Notes: generated from the sequence alone by a model not told the origin. A DNA stretch of 64,000 nt from an uncultured Planctomycetaceae bacterium (GCA_963833985.1 CAWIAD010000002.1:4352001-4416000); one strand, 5' to 3'; positions 1 through 10,387 are shown, counted from the first letter of the stretch. Numbers and translations are program-made.

Positions 1-501
1 TTCGCGCCGATGATCCTGGGCAGCCGAAAGCAGAAGGAAAGCATCGGCAAACCGTTCGAGCTGGAGTTCAACGACGCAACCAGCGGCTCGACCATCTCGA
101 TGAACAATCTCAAGGGCAAGGTGGTGGTGGTCGACTTCTGGGCCACGTGGTGCGGGCCCTGCGTCGCCGAGATGCCGAACATGAAGAAGCTGTACGAGAA
201 GTACCACGGGAAGGGCGTGGAGTTCCTGGGCGTGAGCCTGGACCAGCCCAAGGAAGACGGAGGTCTCGACGCGCTCAAGAAGTTCGTCAAGGAGCGCGAA
301 ATCCCCTGGCCGCAGTATTACCAGGGCAAGGGCTGGGCGAGCGACTTCTCCAAGTCCTGGGGTATCAACGCGATTCCCGCGATGTTCGTGGTGGACCAGC
401 AAGGCAAGCTCTTCTCGGTCGAGGCCCGCGGCAAGCTCGAGGAACTGATCCCCGAACTGCTGGCGAAGAAGTCCGAGAAAACGCCAGCGGGCGGCCAGTG
501 A
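1..501 (+). CDS. TlpA/ResA-family thiol-disulfide oxidoreductase (5' partial)
   Basis: DFWATWCGPC thioredoxin motif and cis-Pro loop AIP; frame is open from base 1, so the start is probably upstream of the window. Confidence 0.9.
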   Translation, partial: FAPMILGSRKQKESIGKPFELEFNDATSGSTISMNNLKGKVVVVDFWATWCGPCVAEMPNMKKLYEKYHGKGVEFLGVSLDQPKEDGGLDALKKFVKEREIPWPQYYQGKGWASDFSKSWGINAIPAMFVVDQQGKLFSVEARGKLEELIPELLAKKSEKTPAGGQ

Positions 502-582
502 AGTCGTGGTCGCAAGACGGAGCGAGTCGGCCGGACAGCGGCGGGGCGTGGCGGCCCTGCCGGCTGGCCGTTTTCCCCTGCT

Positions 583-2094
583 TCAACAATCCGGATCACG
601 GCGGTCGATCAGTTTCCGCAAGACTGCCAGGTCGACCGGCTTGACGAGATAGCTCTCGAAACCAGCCTCCTGCCCGCGCATGCGGTCCTCGGGCCGGGCA
701 TAGCCGCTCATCGCCACCAGGCGGGGCCGGGGCGTGCACGCCGTCTGAAGGAGCAGCCGCGCCACCTCGAAGCCGTCCATGCCCGGCATGCCGATGTCGA
801 GCAGGATGAACGCGGGATGAAAGCTCCGCGCCTCTTCGATTGCCGCCAGGCCGCTTCTGGCCACCCGGCACTCATGCCCCCAGAACCGCAGGACGCCGGT
901 CAGGCTTTCGGTCATCGCCGCATGATCGTCGACGACGAGCACGCGGCAGCCGCTTGCAGACTGCTGCCCGACTGCTTCGCTCACGATGCGGTGGGTCGAG
1001 GACGGATCAGTAGTCAGCGGTAAGATCAGCAGGAACTCGCTTCCCTTGCCCGGCCCTGCGCTGGAGGCGGTCAACCTGCCGCCGTGCAGCGCCGCCAGGC
1101 GGCGGGCCAGGGTCAGCCCGATCCCCAGTCCTCCCAGCGACCGGTCGAGGTCCTGGTCGGCCTGCTCGAAGAGCTGGAAGATCCGGCCCAGCATTTCCGG
1201 GGCGATGCCCACTCCGTTGTCGCGGATGGCCAACTCGACAGTACGCTCGCGAAACCGTGCAAGAACCTCGATCCTGCCTCCGCTGTCGGTGTATTTCGCG
1301 GCATTGGTCAGCAGGTTCACGAGGATCTGCTCGATCCTCACCGGGTCGGCGAAGAGGCTTATCGGGCCCTCGGGAATGGACATATGCAGGGAATGCCCCT
1401 TGCTTTCCAGCAGCGGGCGCGCGGAGGCGATGGTCCGCTCGATAACCACGCGGAGGCTGGTCATTTCGGGACGCAGCGCGAGCTTCCCGGTGCGGATCCG
1501 CGAGACGTCCAGCAGGTCGTCGACCAGGCGCGTGAGCGAGTTCACCTCTTGCTCGATGATCTCGCTGGTCCGGGCCAGCAACGTGGCATCGCGGCCGCGC
1601 TGCTTGAGGATGTACACGGCATTGCGAATGGGCGCCAGGGGATTGCGCAGTTCGTGCGCGAGGGTTGCCAGGAATTCATCCTTGCGGCGGTCAGCGTCGG
1701 CAAGCTCCTCGACCTTCTGGCGGAGCTGGTTTTCCAGGGCCTTGCGGACGCTGACATCGCGAAGCGTGGCCAGCAGCGCGCGCTCGCCCTCCCAGTCGGT
1801 CTCGGTCACGCGCATGTCGGCGACGCGCACCGCTCCGGTCGCCAGCGGCAGATCGATCTCGGTGGTTTCCCCGGGAACCATCGGAATGCCGAAGAACGTG
1901 CCAACCAGCTCATCGGGGCTGCGTTCCAGGAGCTCCGTGGCCGCCGGGTTGGCGTAGCGGATCAGGCCGCCCGGGCTCATCACCAGGATCCCGTCCAGGT
2001 TCTTCTCGATGATATTGTGGAAGCGACTCTCGCTCAGCGCCAGGGCCGTGCGAAGCGCGCGCCGTTCGTCGGGAGCACTGCTGGACCCGTCCAT
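583..2094 (-). CDS. Hybrid sensor histidine kinase (PAS-HisKA-HATPase-REC)
   Basis: PAS (YANPAA), H-box [10 protein letters not shown]-box NLLTNAAKYT, G1 DNGVG, G2 GLGIGL, C-terminal REC LLDIGMP...KP; starts 4 bp after the kaiC stop. Confidence 0.93.
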   Translation of the reverse strand: MDGSSSAPDERRALRTALALSESRFHNIIEKNLDGILVMSPGGLIRYANPAATELLERSPDELVGTFFGIPMVPGETTEIDLPLATGAVRVADMRVTETDWEGERALLATLRDVSVRKALENQLRQKVEELADADRRKDEFLATLAHELRNPLAPIRNAVYILKQRGRDATLLARTSEIIEQEVNSLTRLVDDLLDVSRIRTGKLALRPEMTSLRVVIERTIASARPLLESKGHSLHMSIPEGPISLFADPVRIEQILVNLLTNAAKYTDSGGRIEVLARFRERTVELAIRDNGVGIAPEMLGRIFQLFEQADQDLDRSLGGLGIGLTLARRLAALHGGRLTASSAGPGKGSEFLLILPLTTDPSSTHRIVSEAVGQQSASGCRVLVVDDHAAMTESLTGVLRFWGHECRVARSGLAAIEEARSFHPAFILLDIGMPGMDGFEVARLLLQTACTPRPRLVAMSGYARPEDRMRGQEAGFESYLVKPVDLAVLRKLIDRRDPDC

Positions 2095-2098
2095 GTCC

Positions 2099-3658
2099 TT
2101 ATCCGCTCGATGGCGTTCGCTGCGAGGGCATTTCTTTCGACTCTTCGAGTACGAGGAGTTCGAGCTCTCTCAGCTCGCCGGGAGTCACATGGCGGAAGTT
2201 ACCCGAGAGGATGCCGAAGACGCTGCGGAACGGAGCGCCGATGTGCAGCCCGGTTGCGTCGATGGTGAACTCACGGATGTCCTTGTTGTGAAACGATCCG
2301 CGCATCTTGAGCACGCCGAGCCCGCGCCGCATCTGGCCCAGCTTCTCGACGTAACGAAGCAGGATGATGGTGTCGGTGATTGTGGAGATATGGGTCTCGG
2401 TGATGGAAGCTCCGCCCAGGATGGACGATGTCGTCGCGGTGTAGAGGCCCGGGATCTCGCGGTGCTTGATGAACGAGGTGAGCGCGATCACGAACTCGCG
2501 GAAGCTCTTCTCGGTGGCCACCCGCTCCAGGGCCGAGAGGCTGTCGATGGCCACGCGGTGCGGGTTGAAGAGCTCGATCTCCTTCTTGATGCGGATCAGG
2601 TGGTCCTCGATGGCGGCCGCCTCCGGGTACTCGCAAAGCACGCGAAAGAGCCCGCGCTGCTCCATGTCCTCGAAATCGACGCCCCAGCCATGGGCGTTGC
2701 GGAAGAGCTGCTCGCGGCTTTCCTCGAATGCGAAGAGCAGCGAGCGCTGGCCCGACTGCACGCCGGCGGCCAGGAACTCGGTAGTGAGCAGGGTCTTGCC
2801 GGTTCCCGTCGGTCCGGAGACCAGGATCACCGAATCGCGGAAGAAGCCGCCCCCGCAGAGGGAGTCCAGCTCGGTGTTGCCCGTGCTCAGCCTGGCCTCG
2901 GACGACTTCTGCTGGAGCTCGATCGCCGAGAGCGGAATCACCACGATTCCCTCGTTGGGCACGATCGTCAGCGGCCATTCACCCTTCTGGTGCGTGGCGC
3001 CTCGAAACTTGAGGATCTCCACCGTGCGCCGCCTCACCTCGTCCTGAAGCACATTGCGGAAGATGATCACGTTGTCGGAGACGAACTCCTCGATGCCGAA
3101 CCGCGAGACCGGACCGTACTCATCGAGGCGCTCCGCGGTGATGATCGATGTCACGCCCATCCTTTTCAGCGCCATGGTGATGCGGAAGAGCTCCTGCCGC
3201 ACCGTGGCGTGGTCGTCAAATTGCGAGAAAATCCCGCCCAGCGAGTCGAGCGAGACGCGCCGGGCGTGGACTCTGCGGACAGCGTGGTCGATCCGGGCAA
3301 TCAGCGCGTCGAGATCGAAGGCGCCGGAGATCTGCACGCGCTCGCCGGGTGTCGGCGAGGCGTTCACGAAGGCCCAGCGCCCTTCGGCCTCCCATCGCGT
3401 GATGTCCCAGCCGAACCCCTTCACGTTGCGGACGATGTCCTCGGGCAGTTCTTCGAACGTGACGAAGACGCCATTGTCATCGGCCTGCTCGATGCCCGCC
3501 GCCAGGAACTGGACGGCAAAGACGGTCTTGGCACTTCCCGACGTACCGGAAAGCAAGGTGACCCGCCCCTGGGGCAACCCTCCATTGGCGATCAGGTCAA
3601 AGCCGGTGATCTCGGTCCGCATCTTGGGAACCGAGAGAGGGGGATCGATCGTTCTCAA
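2099..3658 (-). CDS. kaiC: Circadian clock protein KaiC (double RecA-fold ATPase/autokinase)
   Basis: Walker A GTSGSAKT and GPTGTGKT, FEE in both domains, KFR/KMR arginine fingers, phosphosite segment THISTITDTIILLRYVE; TTG start with GAGGGA upstream. Confidence 0.95.
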   Translation of the reverse strand: MRTIDPPLSVPKMRTEITGFDLIANGGLPQGRVTLLSGTSGSAKTVFAVQFLAAGIEQADDNGVFVTFEELPEDIVRNVKGFGWDITRWEAEGRWAFVNASPTPGERVQISGAFDLDALIARIDHAVRRVHARRVSLDSLGGIFSQFDDHATVRQELFRITMALKRMGVTSIITAERLDEYGPVSRFGIEEFVSDNVIIFRNVLQDEVRRRTVEILKFRGATHQKGEWPLTIVPNEGIVVIPLSAIELQQKSSEARLSTGNTELDSLCGGGFFRDSVILVSGPTGTGKTLLTTEFLAAGVQSGQRSLLFAFEESREQLFRNAHGWGVDFEDMEQRGLFRVLCEYPEAAAIEDHLIRIKKEIELFNPHRVAIDSLSALERVATEKSFREFVIALTSFIKHREIPGLYTATTSSILGGASITETHISTITDTIILLRYVEKLGQMRRGLGVLKMRGSFHNKDIREFTIDATGLHIGAPFRSVFGILSGNFRHVTPGELRELELLVLEESKEMPSQRTPSSG

Positions 3659-3670
3659 CTGAGAATTCCC

Positions 3671-3976
3671 TCAATCCATCCGGGTCTGCGGCGCCTCGCT
3701 CCTGGCGGTGTGCAGATCCAGACCCACGAGCACACGTTCCGCGTCGGAGAGGTCGCCGATAATCCTCCGGATCGGCGGTGGCAATTCCTTCACCACGGTG
3801 GGTGTTGCCAGTATCTTTTCATCCTCGGCGAGCTGGGGCCGTTCCAGCACGTCGATGACCACCAGATCATAGGCTCCGCGGAGCTCCTCCTCACAGATCC
3901 GGCGGAGGTTTTCGATGGCTCTTTGAGACCGGGGGGTCTGGCCCGTGACATAGAGCTTGATCACGTACGTGTCCAT
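3671..3976 (-). CDS. kaiB: Circadian clock protein KaiB
   Basis: [14 protein letters not shown]...[24 protein letters not shown]...VLVGLDL; ATG at 3976 preceded by GAAGAGGT. Confidence 0.95.
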   Translation of the reverse strand: MDTYVIKLYVTGQTPRSQRAIENLRRICEEELRGAYDLVVIDVLERPQLAEDEKILATPTVVKELPPPIRRIIGDLSDAERVLVGLDLHTARSEAPQTRMD

Positions 3977-4127
3977 GGCCACCTCTTCGCCGTGGTTTCG
4001 GTTCCCGAATGAGCCGCCAGTGACGGTTACGGAAGGCACTCAGGCCCAGGACCCACAGCGCGACTTGCCGCGGCAGGACTCCCTTTCCCGCAGCGAAACC
4101 TGGCCCTCGCCAGCAAGTCCGTGGATC

Positions 4128-4153
4128 AGCATAATCACCGGCCAGCGGTGATT
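4128..4153 (-). promoter_or_regulatory. Inverted repeat AATCACCG-N5-CGGTGATT abutting a TATGCT -10-like hexamer upstream of kaiB
   Basis: Perfect 8-5-8 dyad at 4133-4153; TATGCT on the minus strand at 4128-4133. Confidence 0.35.
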
Positions 4154-4294
4154 TCCAGTCGAAACCCGCGCTTTTTTGGCCCCGCGGGGGCTCCAGACTT
4201 CGCGCCTCGGGGGAGCTGCCGCGAGGCACACCTGCGTCGGTGATCCGGTGGACGATCCGGTGGACGAATCGGGGGATGGTCCGCACCAGGATCT

Positions 4295-5486
4295 TCAGGC
4301 CGGTTCCACGGCGACGGGCGTCTCGCCAGCCGGGTCCACAACGCGGAACGTCCTGCGGCCCTCGAGGATCTCGAGCATGAGCTGGCCGCAAAACTGCCCT
4401 CTCCATCCCTCGAGCAAGGCTGGGGGATCGTGGGCAGGCCGTCCACCCGAGAACCAGCGGACCAGGTGCTTGAGGTCCGAGACATTGGCCACCAGTCCGC
4501 TGGAGACCTTTTGCTGGAGGCAAAGCTGGCCCAGTGCCGCCGAGAGCAGGCTCGCCACGGTCGACAGCCCTGGGCTGTCGTCCGGGCGGTGTGCCGGCAC
4601 CGGAAGCTGGTCTTCCGGAACGCTCCGCGCAGCCTCGATGACGGCGAGGATGGCCTGGCTCTTGCTCATGAGCGCGGGCCGGTTGAATTCGCGGAGCGCT
4701 TCCAGGTCGCGACGCGAGGCCGGCTGCCGCCGGGCAATCGCCACCAGAAGATCGTCGCGCAGCACCTGCCGCAAGGGCCGGTTCTGTCTCCGTGCCTCGT
4801 CCTCGCGCCAGCCGGCCAGTTGCCGGGCCGCTTCCAGGGCCCGGCGGTTGAGCTGGTGTAAACCGGGCAGCCGACGCCAGCGCTCCTGGTCCGACCGGTC
4901 CAGCGCGGCACTCAGGAAGTCGGCAAACTCGGCCTCGGCCCATTCGGTCCGGCCCAGTCGCGCCAGCCCATCCATCAGCCGATCGGCAATCGGCAGCAGG
5001 TAGCGCACGTCATCCAGCGCATAACGGAGCTGCGCCGGGCTGAGCGGCCGCCGCCGCCAGTCCGTCCGCGTTTCGGAGCTGGGCACGGCGATCTGCATCG
5101 TCTGCCCCACCAGGTTGGCCAGCGAGAGAGGATAGCTGTACCCCACCAGGCCCGCCGCAATCTGCACGTCGAAGATCCGGCGGGGCAGCTTCTGCGTGCG
5201 CAGCAGGCAGATCCTCATGTCCTCTCCGGCGGCATGCATCACCACCTCCAGACGCGGGTCGTGCACCAGATCCCAGAACGGGTCCAGGTCGCCCACCGCC
5301 TGGGGATCGATGGCCGCCAGGCGATCCTGGGTGGCGACCTGAACCAGGCAGAGCACCGGCTCGAAAGTCTCTTCCGAGACGAACTCGGTATCGAAGGCGA
5401 AGCGGCCGGCCGCACGAACGTGATCGGCCAGCTCGCGCAGGCTGAGCCGGCCTGTGGATGAGGCTCTCGTCCTGGAATTGGGTCAT
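4295..5486 (-). CDS. rnd: Ribonuclease D (DEDD exonuclease + HRDC), with an apparent frameshift near 5441
   Basis: Removing one C gives MTQFQDESLIHRPAQLRELADHVRAAGRFAFDTEF...LCLVQVAT; TDWRRRPLS..QLRYALDDV; HRDC-like WREDEARRQNRP. Confidence 0.88.
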
Positions 5487-5554
5487 GATAAGAATCGGCG
5501 GGGTCTTGCCGGAACGGAGATCGGCCGGCGGTGATCGGAGGAACACATGAGAAA

Positions 5555-6361
5555 TCAGGTGCGCCGCAGTCGTGGAGCGGACGGTGTGCCCAGCCGGTTC
5601 AGGAACGCCAGGATCGCGGCGTTGACGGCGGACGGATTCTCGAAAGGAGCCAGGTGCCCGGCGGCCGGGATGATCTCCAGCCGGGCGTCGGGCAAGGACA
5701 TCGCCAGCTCGCGAGCCTCCGCCGGCGGCGAGATCACGTCCTCCTGGCCCACCAGGACAAGAGTGGGAACGGCGATCGACTTGAGCCCCTCGCGGCGGTC
5801 GGGGCGAACGGCCATGCCGCGCAAGGCGCCCGCAATGCCCTGCGGCTTCGTCCGTTCCATGACCGCCAGCATCGCCTCCAGGCGTTGCGGCTGCTTCTCC
5901 CGGGTGGTCTTGCCAAAGAGCCGCGGAACCATGGTCTCGATCATCGACTGGCCGCTCCCCTCACGAAGCACGTTGCGGGCTAGCTCCTCGCGCCCCTTCG
6001 CCGCTTCGGGGGTGTCCGCGGCGGCGCGGGTGTCGCACAGGATCAACCCGCGAACCCGTTGCGGGTGGCGCAGTACCAGCGCCAGCGCCACGTATCCGCC
6101 CATCGACAGGCCGCCCAGGACGACTGGCTCCCGGATCTCCAGCCGGTCCAGCAGCTCAATCACGTCGTCGGCCATCTCTTCCATGGTGTATGCGCCGTCG
6201 GGGCACTCGGATTCGCCGTGCCCCCGCAGATCCGGCGCAATCACGCGGCACAGCGCGCCGAGCGTGGCGAGCTGTTCCACCCACATCTCGCGGCTGAGTG
6301 GGAACCCATGCAGCAACACCAGAATCGGTGCGTGCTTCGTGTCCGAAAAAGCCAGTTGCAT
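5555..6361 (-). CDS. Alpha/beta fold hydrolase
   Basis: LLHGFP, PDLRGHG, nucleophile elbow GLSMGG, GQED, AGHL; ATG at 6361 with GGGAG RBS. Confidence 0.9.
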   Translation of the reverse strand: MQLAFSDTKHAPILVLLHGFPLSREMWVEQLATLGALCRVIAPDLRGHGESECPDGAYTMEEMADDVIELLDRLEIREPVVLGGLSMGGYVALALVLRHPQRVRGLILCDTRAAADTPEAAKGREELARNVLREGSGQSMIETMVPRLFGKTTREKQPQRLEAMLAVMERTKPQGIAGALRGMAVRPDRREGLKSIAVPTLVLVGQEDVISPPAEARELAMSLPDARLEIIPAAGHLAPFENPSAVNAAILAFLNRLGTPSAPRLRRT

Positions 6362-6681
6362 CGGCTTTCTCCCGGTAACGAGAACCGAGCCTGAACAGAT
6401 TCCGTACAGTCTATTCCAAAAGTCCGCACCTTCGCGAGTCCGCCCTGTCTCACGAAATTCGCCGCACCTGGCATCGAGCGACGAAATAAACCCCCGCGGG
6501 CGCACGCGATTTGCACCGCTTGCTCCGGTCGCTGCCGACCCCGCTGCTACGCTCGATCTCCGCGAATTGTTCAGCCGGTCGTCGCCCGCAACGCCGTCCA
6601 ACTGGCGGCGCCGGCTGCTGGTGCTTTACAATACGTTCTTCCGAGATAGAGTCTGAGACCGGAATCCCGAGGAAGAAGAAC

Positions 6682-7002
6682 ATGCCGACCGCCAACGAAC
6701 TCTATGACCTTGCCGTCGACCTGCGCGACCAGGGCGACAAGCCGGGCGCCGTGGCCAAGCTCGAGCAGGCCATCGAAGTCGACCCTGGTTGTGCCATCGC
6801 CCACGGCATGCTTGCCAAGCTGTACGCGGACCTCGCCGAGAGCGACAAGGCCATCGCGCACGCCAGCAAGGTGGTCGAGCTGGAGCCGGACGACGCCTTC
6901 AGCTACACGGCCCTCTCCGTGATCTACCAGCGTTGCGGGCGGATCCCGGAAGCCGAGCACGCCAAGGCCATGGCCTATCAGAAGCAGATGGGCTTCGAGT
7001 GA
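6682..7002 (+). CDS. Small tetratricopeptide-repeat protein
   Basis: Helical TPR pattern (AIEVDPG..IAHGMLAKLY; VVELEPDDAFSYTALSVIY); RBS GAGGA before ATG 6682. Confidence 0.8.
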   Translation: MPTANELYDLAVDLRDQGDKPGAVAKLEQAIEVDPGCAIAHGMLAKLYADLAESDKAIAHASKVVELEPDDAFSYTALSVIYQRCGRIPEAEHAKAMAYQKQMGFE

Positions 7003-7078
7003 GCGGCCAGAGGCACTTGCCCTACCATGAGCACGCTCTGAAACCGTCCTGACCGCGCCACATTGCTGGGACTGAACC

Positions 7079-8401
7079 GTGATGCTGATCCGTTCCGGGT
7101 TGCTGCTGATACTGCTTGCCTTGCCAGGCGCCGCCGGCGCTCAGCCGGGCGCTCCACCTGCCCCGGAGCTCAACCCCTGGTTCGTCTCCCATCGCGAGCA
7201 GCTACTCGGCCTGTACACGCACCTGCACACTCATCCGGAGCTGTCGCACCGCGAACTGGAGACTGCGGCGCGGCTGGCCGACGAGCTGAAACACGTGGGA
7301 GCCAGGGTGACCACAGGCGTGGGCAAGACGGGGGTCGTCGGCGTGCTCACGAACGGGCCCGGCCCCGTTGTCCTGGTCCGCACCGACATGGACGCACTGC
7401 CGGTCGTGGAGCAGACCGGGCTCGCCTACGCCAGCAAGGTGAAGACTCGCGACGCCCAGGGACGTGAGGTCGGCGTGATGCACGCCTGTGGGCACGACGT
7501 GCACATGACTTGCTTCATCGGCACCGCGCAGTGGCTGGCCGATCACAAGGAGCGCTGGAGCGGAACGGTCGTGCTCATCGGCCAGCCGGCCGAGGAAGCC
7601 ATCAGCGGCGCGCGCGACATGCTGGCCGATGGTCTGTACGCGCGCTTTCCGAGGCCGGATTTCGCGCTCGCCTTGCACTGCGCCGCCAGCGAGCAGGCAG
7701 GCACGGTCTATTACCGCCCGGGCCCGCTGCTGGCCAGTTCCACGTCGCTCTCGGTGATCATCCGGGGCAAGGGCGGCCATGGTGCGTGGCCGCACCGCAC
7801 GGTCGACCCTGTTGTCCTGGCGGCGCTGGCGGTGCTCGACTTCCAGACGATCGTCAGCCGCGAGATCGAGCCGCTCGAGCCTGCCGTGCTCACCGTGGGC
7901 TCGATCCACGGTGGAACCAGGCCGAACATCATCGGCGACGAGGTCAGGCTCCAGCTCACCTTGCGCGCGTTCTCGGAGCCGGTGCGGCTACAGCTCATCG
8001 AGGGCGTCAAGCGCCGGGCGGAAGCGCTGTCACAGGCCCACAGGGCCCCTGCGCCCACCGTCGAGGTCGAGGAGTCCACGCCGGCGACGGTGAATGACCC
8101 GGCACTCGTGCAGAGGGTGATCCCTTTCTTGAAGACGGCTCTCGGCCCGGAGAACGTCCGTGCGACCACCCCGGTGATGGGCGCCGAGGATTTCTCGCTC
8201 TACGCCGAGGGAAACGTGCCCATCATGATGTTCTGGATCGGCACGGTCGCACCCGAGCGGATCGCCGCGGCCAAAGCTCAGGGCAAAGACCTGCCCGCGC
8301 TGCACTCGTCCCTCTACCATCCCGAACCCGCCGAGAGCATCGCCACGGGAATCAAGGCCATGACGTCCGCGGTCACGGGCCTGTTGCCGCCGAGACCGTG
8401 A
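7079..8401 (+). CDS. M20D family amidohydrolase with N-terminal signal peptide
   Basis: HTHPELS, RTDMDALP, MHACGHD, QPAEE, GGHGA, MGAEDF. Confidence 0.9.
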   Translation: MMLIRSGLLLILLALPGAAGAQPGAPPAPELNPWFVSHREQLLGLYTHLHTHPELSHRELETAARLADELKHVGARVTTGVGKTGVVGVLTNGPGPVVLVRTDMDALPVVEQTGLAYASKVKTRDAQGREVGVMHACGHDVHMTCFIGTAQWLADHKERWSGTVVLIGQPAEEAISGARDMLADGLYARFPRPDFALALHCAASEQAGTVYYRPGPLLASSTSLSVIIRGKGGHGAWPHRTVDPVVLAALAVLDFQTIVSREIEPLEPAVLTVGSIHGGTRPNIIGDEVRLQLTLRAFSEPVRLQLIEGVKRRAEALSQAHRAPAPTVEVEESTPATVNDPALVQRVIPFLKTALGPENVRATTPVMGAEDFSLYAEGNVPIMMFWIGTVAPERIAAAKAQGKDLPALHSSLYHPEPAESIATGIKAMTSAVTGLLPPRP

Positions 8402-8526
8402 CGCCGGACCTTGTGGGATCGCGTTGCGTACGAACCTCAACAGGAGAGTGTCTCTGGCCCTGTATGCCCTGGACATCGGCCCCGTATTCTTGAGCCCCTG
8501 GATTTCCATCGGAGCCATCGCGGGGA

Positions 8527-9090
8527 TCATTGCCTCGGGATCCGCGAGATGAACTCGATAACCGTGCCCCCCTCGGGGTCCTGCACATAGTGGAATGTAC
8601 CCCAGTGGTCGTTCCCTTCGGCCCATTTTCCCTGGGAGATTTCGTCCATGCCGAGCTTCCTGAACTTTTCGAGTTCAGGACCGGTTTCGGGTACGCGGAA
8701 GGCCAGGTGATGCAGCACCTCGCCGTGCTTTTGCAGGTAGTCGCGCCAAGGACTGGGTATATCTTCCATGGGCTCGATGAGCTCGATCGGCGGGCTGGTG
8801 CCCTGGATGAACGCCTGCCTCACGGTGGCGGAGATCGGCTTGCCGTGGTACATCCGGTCCACTCCCTTGTTCGGCGTCCCGACGCGGATATCCTGGAAGC
8901 CCATGGCCTTCCATCTGGCGACCGCCTGATCGAGGTTCTTGACCACGATGCCCACATGAAGCATCGTCGAGTACGGGCTGGCCGCGGCACCGGGCCTTGC
9001 AGCGCCGTGGGCCTGGCCTGGAACCAGGCGGCCGGCCATCACTCCAAGCAGGAAAACACAAGCCACTCCCAGTGTTTTCAGTACGCGCAT
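8527..9090 (-). CDS. VOC-family (methylmalonyl-CoA epimerase-like) protein with signal peptide
   Basis: LHVGIVV, IELIEP, LHHLAF, VIEF metal-ligand pattern; hydrophobic N-terminus; GAGG RBS before ATG 9090. Confidence 0.8.
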   Translation of the reverse strand: MRVLKTLGVACVFLLGVMAGRLVPGQAHGAARPGAAASPYSTMLHVGIVVKNLDQAVARWKAMGFQDIRVGTPNKGVDRMYHGKPISATVRQAFIQGTSPPIELIEPMEDIPSPWRDYLQKHGEVLHHLAFRVPETGPELEKFRKLGMDEISQGKWAEGNDHWGTFHYVQDPEGGTVIEFISRIPRQ

Positions 9091-9274
9091 CCGGAACCTC
9101 CTGCCGTCGCCGGCAGACACGCAACATCCCGCGGATTGTCAACCTGTCGCACCTCCTCGGCATTCTGCCGGCCGTGCGTCGGGGACGCAAGAGATTGGCA
9201 CTCGGCGCTGGAATTCATCAGTGCCGTAGGTTAGTCTACCGGCAACAACGAGTGCACAGGATCGGGACCCTTCC

Positions 9275-10387
9275 ATGGACCCCCGCTACGCGATCGACAC
9301 CCTGGACGGCTTGCTCAGCCCGTCGCTCCTGGTGTTCCGTGACCTGGTGCAGGACAACCTGTGCCGGATGATCGTGCTGGCGCACGGCCCGGATCGGCTG
9401 CGTCCCCACGTCAAGACGCACAAGATGGCCGCGATCACCCGGATGGCTGTCGCGCTGGGGATCTCCCGGCACAAGGCCGCTACCATCGCGGAGGCGGAGA
9501 TGGTGGCCGCGGCCGGCGGCAGCGATGTCCTGCTGGCGTATCCGCTGGTCGGGCCCAACCTGGAGCGGTGGGCGAAACTGGTGCGGGCCTATCCTCAGAC
9601 GACCTTCCGCGCCGTTGTCGACTGCCCCGAATCCGCCCGAGCGCTCGCCGCAGCCGTCGACGGGCTGAACCGTCCGGTCCCGGTGCTGGTGGATCTGGAC
9701 GTGGGCATGGGGCGTACGGGAATCCATCCCGGCGAACAGGCCGAGGCGCTGTACGCCCTGGTGGCTGGCTTGCCCGGCCTGGCGGCCGACGGACTGCACG
9801 CCTACGACGGTCATATCCGTGAGACGGACGTCGCGGCACGGCGCGCGGCGGTCCGGCGCGTGCAAGAGCTGACCTTTGGGCTGCGCGACCGCCTCGTGCA
9901 CGCGGGGTTGCCCGTGCCGCGCGTCGTCATCGGCGGCACGCCGACTTTCCCGATGCACGCGGAGTGCGACGAGCCGGGCGTGGAATGTTCGCCGGGAACG
10001 ATTGTGCTCCATGATCACGCCTACGCCACGCGCTTTCCAGACCTGAACTTCACTCCCGCGGCCCTTTTGCTGACCCGCGTGGTGAGCCATCCCGGCGCGC
10101 GCCGGCTCTGCCTCGACCTCGGGCACAAGGCGGTCGCGGCGGACCCGGCCGGCCCGCGGGCGCACCTGATCGATGTTCCCGACACGACCTTTTTGGGCCA
10201 GAGCGAGGAGCATCTCGTGGTCGAGACTCCCGCGGCGGACCGTTTCCCGTTGGGCACTGCCGTGCTGGCCATTCCCACCCATATTTGCCCCACCTCGGCC
10301 CTGCATCGCCGCGCGTCGGTGATCGCCGGCGGCCGGCTGGTCGACGAGTGGGAGGTCTCGGCACGCGACCGCGTTTTGCAGGTTTGA
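9275..10387 (+). CDS. Fold-type III PLP enzyme (D-threonine aldolase / D-serine dehydratase family)
   Basis: LRPHVKTHK PLP lysine motif, DVGMGRTG, HAYDGH, SEEH, PTHICPT. Confidence 0.88.
   Translation: MDPRYAIDTLDGLLSPSLLVFRDLVQDNLCRMIVLAHGPDRLRPHVKTHKMAAITRMAVALGISRHKAATIAEAEMVAAAGGSDVLLAYPLVGPNLERWAKLVRAYPQTTFRAVVDCPESARALAAAVDGLNRPVPVLVDLDVGMGRTGIHPGEQAEALYALVAGLPGLAADGLHAYDGHIRETDVAARRAAVRRVQELTFGLRDRLVHAGLPVPRVVIGGTPTFPMHAECDEPGVECSPGTIVLHDHAYATRFPDLNFTPAALLLTRVVSHPGARRLCLDLGHKAVAADPAGPRAHLIDVPDTTFLGQSEEHLVVETPAADRFPLGTAVLAIPTHICPTSALHRRASVIAGGRLVDEWEVSARDRVLQV

Noticed and set aside
3977..4294. Hidden kaiA upstream of kaiB
   Set aside because: Only short low-complexity ORFs; nothing resembling the KaiA helical C-terminal domain
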